Assembly (NCBI GenBank): GCA_047285805.1 | Contig: JBJBCN010000002.1 | Location: 192,001-256,000, forward strand | DNA length: 64,000 bases | DNA from: Synechococcus sp. | Lineage (GTDB): Bacteria > Cyanobacteriota > Cyanobacteriia > PCC-6307 > Cyanobiaceae | Reading direction: 5' to 3' | In this document: piece after piece, positions 31,942 to 40,440 of the stretch | Layout of the letters: every line of letters begins with the position of its first letter | Position numbering within the stretch: the stretch's first letter is position 1 | The notes under the pieces: model-generated | Database searches by the model: none | What the model was told of the DNA's origin: nothing | What the model saw: only the letters and a program-made list of their open reading frames with translations | Position numbers and translations under genes: made by a program

Positions 31942-33461
31942 CGCTGCTCCAGTCGCTCCAAACTGGGGATCAAAGCTGCTGAGGCCAAAAGCCCCAGGCT
32001 CAAGATCAGTAGGGCCGGGATCAGGGCGGCGCCCACCCGTTCATCACTGGCGTACTGATAAACCCGCACCGCCAGGGTGTCGAAGTCAAACGGCCGCAGA
32101 GCGAAGGTAAGGGGGAGTTCCTTCACTGTGTCGACAAAGACCAGCAGGCTGCCCATGAGTAAGGGGCCCCGTAGCAGTGGCAGATGAATGCGTTGCAGCA
32201 CTCCTCCCCAGCTCTGGCCGAGGGAGGTCGCGGCTTCATCAATGCTTGGCGGGATCCGCTCGAGAGCCGCGTCCAGGCCGCCTTTGGAGACCGCGAGGAA
32301 GCGATCGACGTAGCCCCAAACCAGCAGCAATAACGGCGCCAGGGCCAGGGGGCCGCCGATGAGCATTAGCGCGAGGGCCAGCACGGTGCCGGGGATCGCG
32401 TAGCCCAGCCCCGCCACAAAGGTCAGTCGGCGCAGGCCGGCGTTGGGGATCCAGCGTTTGGCGATGGAGAGCACGAGGCTGACGATTACCGTCAAGACGG
32501 CCGCGACAATGGCCAGGCCAAAGGAGCGCAGTCCGAGTTCCAGCAGTTCGGCGCTGTCTTCGCCTTGGAGTTGGTCCCAACTGAAGGCCGCCCAGACCAA
32601 GGGAAGCCCCAGGCTCAAGAGGGGTGGCGTCAGGCAAAAGACTTGGCTCAGCCAGCGTTGAGGCCCGCGCAGGCTCCAGCGCTGTTCTGGCTCACCAGAG
32701 CCGCTGATGTTCCAGCAGCGGCTCCGGCGCCGCAGGGTCCGCTCGGCGCCCACCAGTAGGCCGACGATGACCAGGGCCATCAAGGCCAGGGCAACCGCGG
32801 CTTGCGGATCCCCCTCCTGCTGCCAGCGCATCAGGATTCCCGAGGACAGGGTTGGGATTCCGAGCAGTTGCACCGCCCCGAGTTCATTCACGACCTCCAT
32901 GCCGGTGAGGGCGACCCCTGCCCCAATCGAAGGCAGGGCCATCGGCAGGGCTACTCGCCAAAAGCTTCCCCAGGGACCGACGCCGAGGCTGCGGCAGGCT
33001 TCGAGTTGGCGCTTGCCGCTGAACGAAAAGCTCTCCGTGGAGAGCAGAAAGACATAGCTGTAGGTGCTGAGCACCATCACTGCCAGCGTTGGCCCAAAGC
33101 CGTAGATGCGCTGGCCGAAGCGACTCCCAAGGTCGATCAAGGTGGCCGCCAGCAGATAGCTGGGCGTAGCCAGGGGCAGGAGTTGAGCGATCCGCAGTAG
33201 GCGGCGTCCGGGGAACTCACAGCGAGCCGTCAGCCAGCCCGTTCCCGTTCCGAGGCCCGCGGCGAGAGCCCCAACCAGCGCAACCAAGCCCAGAGTATTG
33301 CCCACCTGGAGGGAGCCTTCATCACCAAGGTTCAGGCTCTCGAGCCCCGCGCCTCCCAGGGCAAACCAGCTCAGCCAGGCCACAGGGGCCATGGCTGCTG
33401 CACAGACCAGAAGCACCCCGACGCTGAGCAGGCTGCGCTGCGGCAGTGGTCCCCGTGCCAA
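31938..33461 (-). CDS. futB: Fe(III) ABC transporter permease
   Basis: Two EAA loops (LEACRSLG, DEAATSLG); KELPLTFALRPFDFDTLA; TTG start inferred. Confidence 0.88.
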   Translation of the reverse strand: MARGPLPQRSLLSVGVLLVCAAAMAPVAWLSWFALGGAGLESLNLGDEGSLQVGNTLGLVALVGALAAGLGTGTGWLTARCEFPGRRLLRIAQLLPLATPSYLLAATLIDLGSRFGQRIYGFGPTLAVMVLSTYSYVFLLSTESFSFSGKRQLEACRSLGVGPWGSFWRVALPMALPSIGAGVALTGMEVVNELGAVQLLGIPTLSSGILMRWQQEGDPQAAVALALMALVIVGLLVGAERTLRRRSRCWNISGSGEPEQRWSLRGPQRWLSQVFCLTPPLLSLGLPLVWAAFSWDQLQGEDSAELLELGLRSFGLAIVAAVLTVIVSLVLSIAKRWIPNAGLRRLTFVAGLGYAIPGTVLALALMLIGGPLALAPLLLLVWGYVDRFLAVSKGGLDAALERIPPSIDEAATSLGQSWGGVLQRIHLPLLRGPLLMGSLLVFVDTVKELPLTFALRPFDFDTLAVRVYQYASDERVGAALIPALLILSLGLLASAALIPSLERLEQR

Positions 33462-33503
33462 TCCTTTGCCTGAGGCTGCGGCGCAAAGCCTAGGGGGCAG
33501 GCA

Positions 33504-33519
33504 TGTAATGAATGTCACA
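33504..33519. promoter_or_regulatory. CRP-family (IdiB-like) binding site
   Basis: TGTAA-tgaatg-TCACA, one mismatch to TGTGA-N6-TCACA, between divergent futB and futA. Confidence 0.55.
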
Positions 33520-33600
33520 GCCGCAGGTGGCGAATGATGGCCTCCGCTCCGAGAGGCGTCCGGCCTGGGCATAGTTCGAAGACTGCGATTCGATTTGGCC

Positions 33601-34643
33601 TTGACGTTTCGTCCTTCCATCGCACCCGAGCGTCTGGCGCTCGCTGCCCTGCTGGGCGTCACGGCCGGGGCTGCGGTGCTCACCTCCTTGGCCAGGGCCA
33701 ACAGCCAAGAAATCGGGGTGTACGCGGGGCGGCTCTATAACACCGGCAAGGCCCTCTACAAGTAGTTCACCCAGAAGACCGGCATCAAGCTGAAGTTGCT
33801 CGAGGCGAAGGATGACGCCTTGATCGACCGGATCAAACGGAAGGGCGCCAACAGCCTGGCTGATTTCTTGGTGCTGGCGGATGTGGCTCGCCTGGACAAG
33901 GCTGCCGATGCCGGGCTGTTTCGTCCCAGACGCTCCGCCTCCCTCAACCGGGATGTCCCCGCGAACTTGCAGGAGTCCAAGGTGCTTTGATTTTGCTCTT
34001 TCCCGTCTGGTCCGCGTGGTGGTGGTGAACCCCAAGGTGGTCAATCCCAGCAGCATTAGCAGCTACGCCGACCTGGCGAACCCGGCCTTGAAAGGACAGC
34101 TCTGCCTGTGCAATCGCAAGAGCGTCTTCAACCAATCCCTGGTGGCCGACCAGATGATCCTCCGGGGTGACAAGGCGGCCTCCGCTTGGGTGAAGGGCAT
34201 GAGTGCCAACTTCATCCAGCCCTATTTCAGTTCGGATACGCCTTGATCCGAGAGGTCGCCAATGGCCATTGCGGGTTCGGCTTGGTCAATTCCTGTTAAG
34301 TGGCGCGGACGCTGGCCGGCGGCAACGGTGCCTCAGACCAGACGTTGGCGAATCGGGTCAAGGTTCGCTTCCCGGATCCCGCCCACGTGAACATCACCGG
34401 TGCCGGGGTGGTCAAAACCGCGAAGAATCCATAGCCGGCTCTGCGCTTGATCGAGTTCTTGGCGTAGCCCAGTGGTGGTAGCGGTTTCGCGGAAGCCAAC
34501 TATGAATTCCCGCTGCGGCGCTTTGGCATCAACGCGGGCCTGAAGCTCTTGGGAACGTTCAAGGCTGATCGGGTGTCGGCCCAGCAGAGGGTTCCAAGAA
34601 CAAGGCCGCCGTGGCTTTGTTCTTGGCCGGCGATTGGCGCTGA
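33601..34643 (+). pseudogene. futA: Fe(III) ABC substrate-binding protein pseudogene (FutA/IdiA)
   Basis: FTQKTGI, SYADLANP.LKG, HVNITGAGV and ANYEFP blocks broken by TAG 33763, frameshifts near 33980 and 34240, and further stops. Confidence 0.88.
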
Positions 34644-34672
34644 GTCGCTCGCCCGACAACCTGAATCCACGC

Positions 34673-34702
34673 AGCCAGCCGCCCTGCGCGGCTGGCTTTT
34701 TT
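34673..34702 (+). terminator. Intrinsic terminator
   Basis: agccagccgc/gcggctggct stem followed by a T run. Confidence 0.8.
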
Positions 34703-34744
34703 GTGGTGGCGCACACACAGCGTTTGCAGTTGACAGCTGCTATT

Positions 34745-34798
34745 GAGAATCGCTTGCAAAAGTCCTTGTTTCTTGTTTATCTTGCGACGCATTCGCAA
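34745..34798 (+). promoter_or_regulatory. Putative Fur-type boxes over a sigma70-like promoter
   Basis: GAGAATCGCTTGCAA (34745-34759) and TTGCGA-cgcat-TCGCAA (34782-34798); TTGCAA-18-TATCTT. Confidence 0.55.
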
Positions 34799-34818
34799 CT
34801 AGCCCGTTTTCGGGTGTT

Positions 34819-35418
34819 ATGTCCTTCCGCTTCCTCCCTGATGTCCCCGCCAGTGCCGTGCGGATGCCGGTGGGTCAAACCGTCCTGCTGGATCCCCCAC
34901 GCCATGCCGGCGCGAGCTGCATCGAGGTGCTCGAGGGGATGGCCCGCGTCTACTGTCCCTGCGAGGAGACAGAGGGGATGACCTTGGCCTTTCTGCAGCC
35001 CGGCGATCAGCTGCGCACGGATCGGATCTGCACTGAGGGGGTGTGCGTGGAGGCGTTAACTCCACTGGTCTTCAGCAGTGACGCTGAGGCGGTCGGCTAC
35101 AACGGCTTCGATCCTGTCAATGAGTGGACCCTGCAGTTGCTGCGCATCCGCCACCTGGGTTCGACTGAGCAGCGCTTGCATGCTCTGTTGAGTCTGTTAG
35201 TGCATCGCCTGGGGCGCCGTTGTGGTGACTGGTGCGACCTGCCCTTCCGCCTCACCCATGACCGCATTGGTGAGTTGATCGGCGCCACGCGGGTGACGAC
35301 GACTCGGATGATCTCTAAGTTCCGTCAGGCCCAGTTGCTGGAGACCCCGGTGGGTCAGGGTGGTCTGCGCTTGGCGCCCGCCTTGGTGGATTCGGCCCCC
35401 CTGGCGGCGGGGTTCTGA
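34819..35418 (+). CDS. Crp/Fnr family transcriptional regulator (IdiB-like)
   Basis: LTHDRIGELIGATRVTTTR HTH; iron-gene context. Confidence 0.88.
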   Translation: MSFRFLPDVPASAVRMPVGQTVLLDPPRHAGASCIEVLEGMARVYCPCEETEGMTLAFLQPGDQLRTDRICTEGVCVEALTPLVFSSDAEAVGYNGFDPVNEWTLQLLRIRHLGSTEQRLHALLSLLVHRLGRRCGDWCDLPFRLTHDRIGELIGATRVTTTRMISKFRQAQLLETPVGQGGLRLAPALVDSAPLAAGF

Positions 35419-35421
35419 TCG

Positions 35422-35697
35422 ATGCGCTCCATGCAGGCTTCAACTAGTGCGATCGGCTCTCTCTGCGGAGAAGCCCATGCCTTGCGTGTGCGTCTCGTCC
35501 AGATCGACGCGGATCAGCGGCGCTGCCAGGCCCCTGCCCTCTGCAGACGCCTGCGGCGGGAGTCTGAGCAGCTCATCGTGCGCTTGGCGGAGCTGGGGCG
35601 CATCGCCAGCTGGCTGCAATCGGCGCCCGTGGTAGTCGATCGCCTGAGCTTGGCGCTGTTTCAGGAGTTGTGCGGGCGGCCCTTGCCCTGCTCTTAG
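35422..35697 (+). CDS. Hypothetical helical protein, probably co-transcribed with the Crp gene
   Basis: ATG 3 nt after the Crp stop; coiled-coil-like with several Cys. Confidence 0.6.
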   Translation: MRSMQASTSAIGSLCGEAHALRVRLVQIDADQRRCQAPALCRRLRRESEQLIVRLAELGRIASWLQSAPVVVDRLSLALFQELCGRPLPCS

Positions 35698-36278
35698 GCG
35701 ACCGAGGTTGGTGCGTTCTGGCCAGCGGCCAGCTCCCCGTCGATCACGAGCAAGGCGGCGGAGTCGGAGTGGCTGAAGGCGATGCGATCGAGCAGGTGAG
35801 CGGCTTGGTTTTCCGCGTCGATCTGCCCCTGGACGATCGGATCTAGGAAGACCGTGGTGCGCACGTCACCACTGCGTTCGGCCATGGCATAGAGCTGATG
35901 CAAAGAGGCGGTCACCTCCGCTTCCATCTGGAAGATGCCACGGAAGATCTCCTCAACGCTGCTCCAGCTTTGCCGAGGGGCGAGTAGCGGTTCGAGGGCA
36001 ACGGACTGGCCCCGGGCAATCAGGTAGTCGGCAAATAGTCCGGCGTGGTGCTGTTCTTCGCTCGATTCCTGTTTCAAGAACGCGCTGAAGCCCCGCAGGC
36101 CGCGCTCGGTAAACCAGATCGCCAGGGCCCAGTAGGCGGCGCTGGACTGGCGCTCCATCGTTAGGTGCTCCTTAAGGCATTCGAGCAGGTCGGCGGCCAT
36201 GGGTTGGGCCATGGCGCGCCCGGCGGGTCCCCGGGCGATGGCTTGGTCGCTGTCTCCGCGAACGATGGATTGGGTCAT
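35694..36278 (-). CDS. ftn: Non-heme ferritin
   Basis: E..SS..Y, EEQHH, MEAEVT and Q..AE ferroxidase pattern. Confidence 0.9.
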   Translation of the reverse strand: MTQSIVRGDSDQAIARGPAGRAMAQPMAADLLECLKEHLTMERQSSAAYWALAIWFTERGLRGFSAFLKQESSEEQHHAGLFADYLIARGQSVALEPLLAPRQSWSSVEEIFRGIFQMEAEVTASLHQLYAMAERSGDVRTTVFLDPIVQGQIDAENQAAHLLDRIAFSHSDSAALLVIDGELAAGQNAPTSVA

Positions 36279-36365
36279 AGCTTGCCGCGCAGAGCTGGCT
36301 TCAAGCTAAGGAATCTGCAGGGGTGTTGCAATCCGGCCCCCACAAGCGACTTGACTTGCGCAAAA

Positions 36366-36380
36366 GAGAATCGATTGCAA
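36366..36380. promoter_or_regulatory. Putative Fur-type box
   Basis: GAGAATCGATTGCAA, 14/15 identical to the box at 34745. Confidence 0.55.
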
Positions 36381-36419
36381 TAAGATGAACGCATTGAGAT
36401 CGAGCCCGATTCGCCCCTG

Positions 36420-36560
36420 ATGGCCCAATCCATTGGTCCTGCTTCTGATCTCCCGCTGCAGCCCCAGGGCAGGGTTCAGGCCTGCGCCAAGAAGAAGGGC
36501 TGCAAGGAGAAGAAGTGCTCGAAGTGGAAGGGCGGTAAGTGCCGCTGCGGTCGGGACTGA
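36420..36560 (+). CDS. 46-aa Cys/Lys-rich microprotein (absent from ORF track)
   Basis: MAQSIGPASDLPLQPQGRVQACAKKKGCKEKKCSKWKGGKCRCGRD; host-like codons (aag, tgc); downstream of the Fur-like box. Confidence 0.65.
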   Translation: MAQSIGPASDLPLQPQGRVQACAKKKGCKEKKCSKWKGGKCRCGRD

Positions 36561-36599
36561 TACCTTGCGTTCCGCTGGCTGAGTGCAGCGGCGCTGCGG

Positions 36600-37357
36600 T
36601 CTTCAGGCGGGGCTTGCTGTTTCCAGGCTTCGACGCCGGTGAGCAGGTCCGAGGCCCTTATTAATTCCGAGGCCCTTATTAATAAGGAGAAGCCGCGCTG
36701 TGGGTGGCGATCGCTCAGATGCGGGGCGAGCCGTTGTCACGCAACGGCACCCACGGCTCCCCCCAGCAGTAAGGGCACGAGCAGGAGCAGGCTCGCCTGC
36801 GGCCAGTAGCCGAGGGCTGCCAGGGCGACCAGGGCATTGACGGCAATCAGCAACAGGCTGGTGCCGCCAGCCAGGGCCATGGGCAGCCCCGCGAGAAGGA
36901 CAAGGGCCGGCACGTTGGCAAAGCCGCCGCCGACACCGGTAATGCCGGTCAGGAGGCCCACCAGCAGGCCCTACAGCTCAGCGGCCCGGCGGGGACCTGG
37001 GGTCGCGCTGGCCTGACGCAGCAGCAGCAGCCAGGAGGTCAAGAGTGCCGCGGACGCAAAGACGCTGAGTTGGACGGCCTCAGGAATTAGCCCGGCTTTG
37101 ACCCAGCTGCCGCATAGGGCCGGCAGGCTCAGGAGCAGGGCTGGTCTTGGGGCGAATTGGCTGCGGTGCAGGTAGGGCCCCATGTTCGTTAGGGCCAGGA
37201 GCATGACGACGATGAGCGAGAGCGAAACGGCCTCCACGGTGGGCAGGGCGGCACCGCTCAACAACAGAGGCAGCAGCAGGATTGAGCCTCCGGCCCCGAG
37301 GACGGAGAGCAAAAAGCCGATCAGGCCGCCCCCCGGTCCCAGCAGCAGGCTGATCAC
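36600..37357 (-). pseudogene. TauE/SafE sulfite exporter pseudogene
   Basis: LGAGGSILLLP and [13 protein letters not shown] halves split by TAG at 36971; further disruption near 36740; 3' limit approximate. Confidence 0.8.
36648..36683. repeat. Perfect 18-bp tandem duplication
   Basis: tccgaggcccttattaat twice. Confidence 0.9.
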
Positions 37358-37876
37358 ATGGAGATCCGGTTCCAGGACATGACGGTAAGCAGCCGGGCCA
37401 TCCCGCTGAAGCCGCTGACGCCAGCGAAGGTCAGGCCGGCACCCACGAACCAGGTGAGGGCAATCCAGCCAGGGGCGACGGTGTTGCTCAGGATCAGCCC
37501 CAGCAGGATCAGCGATCCCGCCGCGATTTGCACCTGGCGCATCAGGGGGAGAGGGGCTTTTTTGAGCTTGCGGATGGGGACGCCAGCCCCCTGCTAGGTG
37601 GGTAGGCCTCCTTGAAGTTCGCTGAAGGGATGGGGATGGCTTTGGGCCGATCAGTTGTCCTAGGGCGCGACGGCTGCGGTTGCGGCTCTGGCAGGCCAGC
37701 ACTAGGGGGGCCTGAGGAAGGTCGGCCCGTAGCAGGCGATTCAGTGGAATGTTGAGGCTGCCGGCGATGTGGCCGCTGGCTTACTCCATTGGCTCGCGCA
37801 CGTTGATCACGCTGACGCGTTTGGCGGAGAGTTGATCGGCCAAGTCGCGGGCGCTGATCGGTTGGGAGTGGGTCAT
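37354..37876 (-). pseudogene. Rhodanese + DUF2892 (YgaP-like) membrane sulfurtransferase pseudogene
   Basis: VINVREPME-stop; C-terminal [12 protein letters not shown]...FVGAGL.FAG intact; internal stops and frameshifts. Confidence 0.8.
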
Positions 37877-37920
37877 CGGTTGGCTGGCAGTGGAAGGACG
37901 GGTGTGAAAGCCGAGGGGAA

Positions 37921-39042
37921 TCAGGTGTTAAGGGAGCCGACGAGTGGGTAGCCCTCATCGCTCCAGCGCAGAAGACCGCCGCGGAGATTGGCGACGCGCT
38001 CGAAGCCGGCCTTGAGGAGCTTTTGGGTCGCGAGGGCCGAGCGACTTCCCGCGTGGCAGACCACGACAAGGGGGCGGTCGCTCGGGAGTTCCCCCTGGCG
38101 TTGCTCGAGTTCCGGCAGCGGGATGTTCACGCTGGTTTCGATACGGCCATCCGGGCCCTCCACTTCGTCCTCTGAGCGGACGTCGAGAACTGTGACCGCG
38201 CTGCGGTGCTCCGCCAGCCAGCTGGGGGGTAGCTCGGGCAGCCCGGCGAAGCTGCGCTGAATGGGGGCCCAGTACTGGGCGGGTTGCTCCTCGCGGGGTT
38301 GGCCCGAGCGGAGATTCCCGGGGAGGGCGATCGAGATCTTGCCCGGGTGGGGGAGCTTCATGTTGGTCATGTGTCCCACGAAGTCGCGTTCATTGGCGCC
38401 TCCCCCGAGGCGCGCGTTGAAGGCTTTTTCTTCGGCGACCGAGGAGAGCGTGCGACCGGTGTAGTCGTGGCCGGGGTAGAGCAGGCAGCTGTTGGGCAGG
38501 CTGAAGATCTGCTCGGTGATCGAGCGCCACAGGGTGTGGGGGTCTCCCTGTTGGAAGTCGCAGCGGCCGCAGCCGCGAACCAGCATGGCGTCGCCGGTGA
38601 AGGCGGCGGACTGATCGTCCAGGACATAGGTGACGCAGCCGTCGGTGTGTCCGGGGGTGCTGCGCACCCCGAGATGACGTCCGCCAAAACGCACCTGATC
38701 GCCGTGCTCGAGGGGCAGGCTGACGTTTTTGGCGCGGGCCGCTTTGGCCAGGCCGATGACACAGCCGGTCGCTTGCTGAATGAGCCAGCTGCCGGTGACG
38801 TGGTCAGCGTGGGCATGCGTGTCCAAGGTGGCCACAAGGGTGATGCCCAGCTCACGAATCAAGGAGAGATCCCGCTCGTGTTGCTCAAACACCGGATCGA
38901 TCAGTACCCCTTCGCTAGAGGCGACTTCGGCAAGCAAATAGGTGTAGGTCCCGGTTGTTGCATCGAAGAGTTGGCGATGCAGCAGGGGCTGACCGCCTGC
39001 TGCATCCCGGAGCGCGATCGGGGATGGCGCGGTGGAGACCAT
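37921..39042 (-). CDS. Persulfide dioxygenase (ETHE1-like MBL) fused to rhodanese
   Basis: THAHADH, TPGHT, GCGRCDFQ and PGHDY; rhodanese loop CHAGSRS. Confidence 0.9.
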   Translation of the reverse strand: MVSTAPSPIALRDAAGGQPLLHRQLFDATTGTYTYLLAEVASSEGVLIDPVFEQHERDLSLIRELGITLVATLDTHAHADHVTGSWLIQQATGCVIGLAKAARAKNVSLPLEHGDQVRFGGRHLGVRSTPGHTDGCVTYVLDDQSAAFTGDAMLVRGCGRCDFQQGDPHTLWRSITEQIFSLPNSCLLYPGHDYTGRTLSSVAEEKAFNARLGGGANERDFVGHMTNMKLPHPGKISIALPGNLRSGQPREEQPAQYWAPIQRSFAGLPELPPSWLAEHRSAVTVLDVRSEDEVEGPDGRIETSVNIPLPELEQRQGELPSDRPLVVVCHAGSRSALATQKLLKAGFERVANLRGGLLRWSDEGYPLVGSLNT

Positions 39043-39060
39043 GAACTCCGCTTCAGGCTT

Positions 39061-39080
39061 GTATGACTATATACGCATAA
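39061..39080. promoter_or_regulatory. Putative ArsR-family operator, copy 1
   Basis: gtatgactatatacgcataa; its reverse complement is 17/20 identical to 39713-39732. Confidence 0.6.
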
Positions 39081-39091
39081 AGCCTTTGGTC

Positions 39092-39697
39092 TTACGTGTC
39101 CTTCTTTTGCCCGAATGCTTGAACGACGGCGCTCTTGCCCTGGTGGAGGGGACCTTCTTCAATCCAGCGCTCGGTTTCCTGCAGTTCCAGCCAGGTCATG
39201 CCCTCGAGTTCCTCCTGGAGTTGCTTGGCTGTGATCAGGAGTTCCGGGTTCGGCGGGCCGCCGGTTGCATGGCGCAGCTGCTCCGGGGTGTAGGCCTCAA
39301 GAATCAGATGGCCGCCGGGCCTTAATGCGGCAACGGTGAGCCGGTGCACCAGGGCCCGCAGCTCTGGCTCCAGGTGCATCCAGATGGCGACGACAAGGTC
39401 GACACTTTCGGGTTCGGGCTTGAACTCCCGCAGGTCTCCGCAGACGCAGGTCAGGTTGACCCCCTGGTCTTGGGCCAGTTGCTTGGCTTTCTCAAGGCCG
39501 ACCGGGCTGAGGTCCTGGGCGGTGACGCGATGGCCCTTTTGGGCCAAGTGCACAGCGTTGCGTCCGCCTCCTTCCGCGAGGCAGAGCGCGTCGCCAGGGG
39601 GGAGCTTGGCCACTGATGCCCGCAGGAAGTCATTGGGTTCGGTTCCGTAGGCGTGCCCGCTCTCGCGGAAGCGCTGATCCCAGAACTCCTGATTCAT
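39092..39697 (-). CDS. Class I SAM-dependent methyltransferase
   Basis: WDQRF...YGTEPNDFL, LCLAEGGGRNA and LRPGG. Confidence 0.88.
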   Translation of the reverse strand: MNQEFWDQRFRESGHAYGTEPNDFLRASVAKLPPGDALCLAEGGGRNAVHLAQKGHRVTAQDLSPVGLEKAKQLAQDQGVNLTCVCGDLREFKPEPESVDLVVAIWMHLEPELRALVHRLTVAALRPGGHLILEAYTPEQLRHATGGPPNPELLITAKQLQEELEGMTWLELQETERWIEEGPLHQGKSAVVQAFGQKKDT

Positions 39698-39712
39698 GGC
39701 CGAGGCCAGGCA

Positions 39713-39732
39713 TAATGCGTCTATCGTCATAC
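39713..39732. promoter_or_regulatory. Putative ArsR-family operator, copy 2
   Basis: taatgcgtctatcgtcatac between the divergent methyltransferase and ArsR genes. Confidence 0.6.
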
Positions 39733-39759
39733 AGTATTGCAATGGGCGCCGCAGGTGCA

Positions 39760-40080
39760 ATGCCCTCCCACGAGTTGCTGGAGGAGTACAGCCAGTTTTT
39801 TCGTCTGCTGAGCGAGCCGGCCCGGCTGCAGCTGCTTTGTCACCTAAAGCAGGGGCCGACCGATGTCGCCTCCTTGATTGAGGCGACGGGGTTTTCCCAA
39901 TCCCACATCAGTCGTCAGCTCGGTCAGCTCCAGCGGGCTGGGCTGGTGCGCTGCGAGCGCGAGGGCACGCGCACGATCTGGCAAGCGGATGGTGACTTGG
40001 TGGATGACCTTTGTGCGTTAGTTCAGAACCGGCTCAGGCAGAGGCTTCAGGCGCAGCTGGATCAGCTCCAGTCGGTGTAA
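39760..40080 (+). CDS. ArsR/SmtB regulator, BigR/SqrR-like
   Basis: LSEPARLQLLC, SQSHISRQL HTH and a second Cys in DDLC. Confidence 0.85.
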   Translation: MPSHELLEEYSQFFRLLSEPARLQLLCHLKQGPTDVASLIEATGFSQSHISRQLGQLQRAGLVRCEREGTRTIWQADGDLVDDLCALVQNRLRQRLQAQLDQLQSV

Positions 40081-40176
40081 ACGGTCCGTTTTCTGTTCGC
40101 AATGCTTAAGCGCCCCTTGATTTCTGTTTGATCAGCGGTAATCGACGTAGGTTGGACGCCTTCGGTAAAGGGGGCG

Positions 40177-40437
40177 ATGCAGGTCACGCACCGGTCTGAG
40201 GACAAGGTCCAGATCACGATGAGCCGCGAAGAAGTCGCGATGCTCGTCGATCTCTGCCATGCAGCAGCCTTCTCCGACCTTCTTCCTCAGCGCCGCGAGT
40301 CTCAGGTGCGGGTGCAGCGCTTCGTCTGGGATGTGCAGAACACCCTCTTTGATGCGGCCCAGTCCGTCTGGCAGTCCAAGCGTCACCTGACAATGCCGGT
40401 GGCTTCCGTTTGCCGCCGCTCCTCCGCGGCCGCCTGA
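40177..40437 (+). CDS. Hypothetical protein
   Basis: SD-like aaggggg then ATG; host-like codons. Confidence 0.6.
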   Translation: MQVTHRSEDKVQITMSREEVAMLVDLCHAAAFSDLLPQRRESQVRVQRFVWDVQNTLFDAAQSVWQSKRHLTMPVASVCRRSSAAA

Positions 40438-40440
40438 GAT

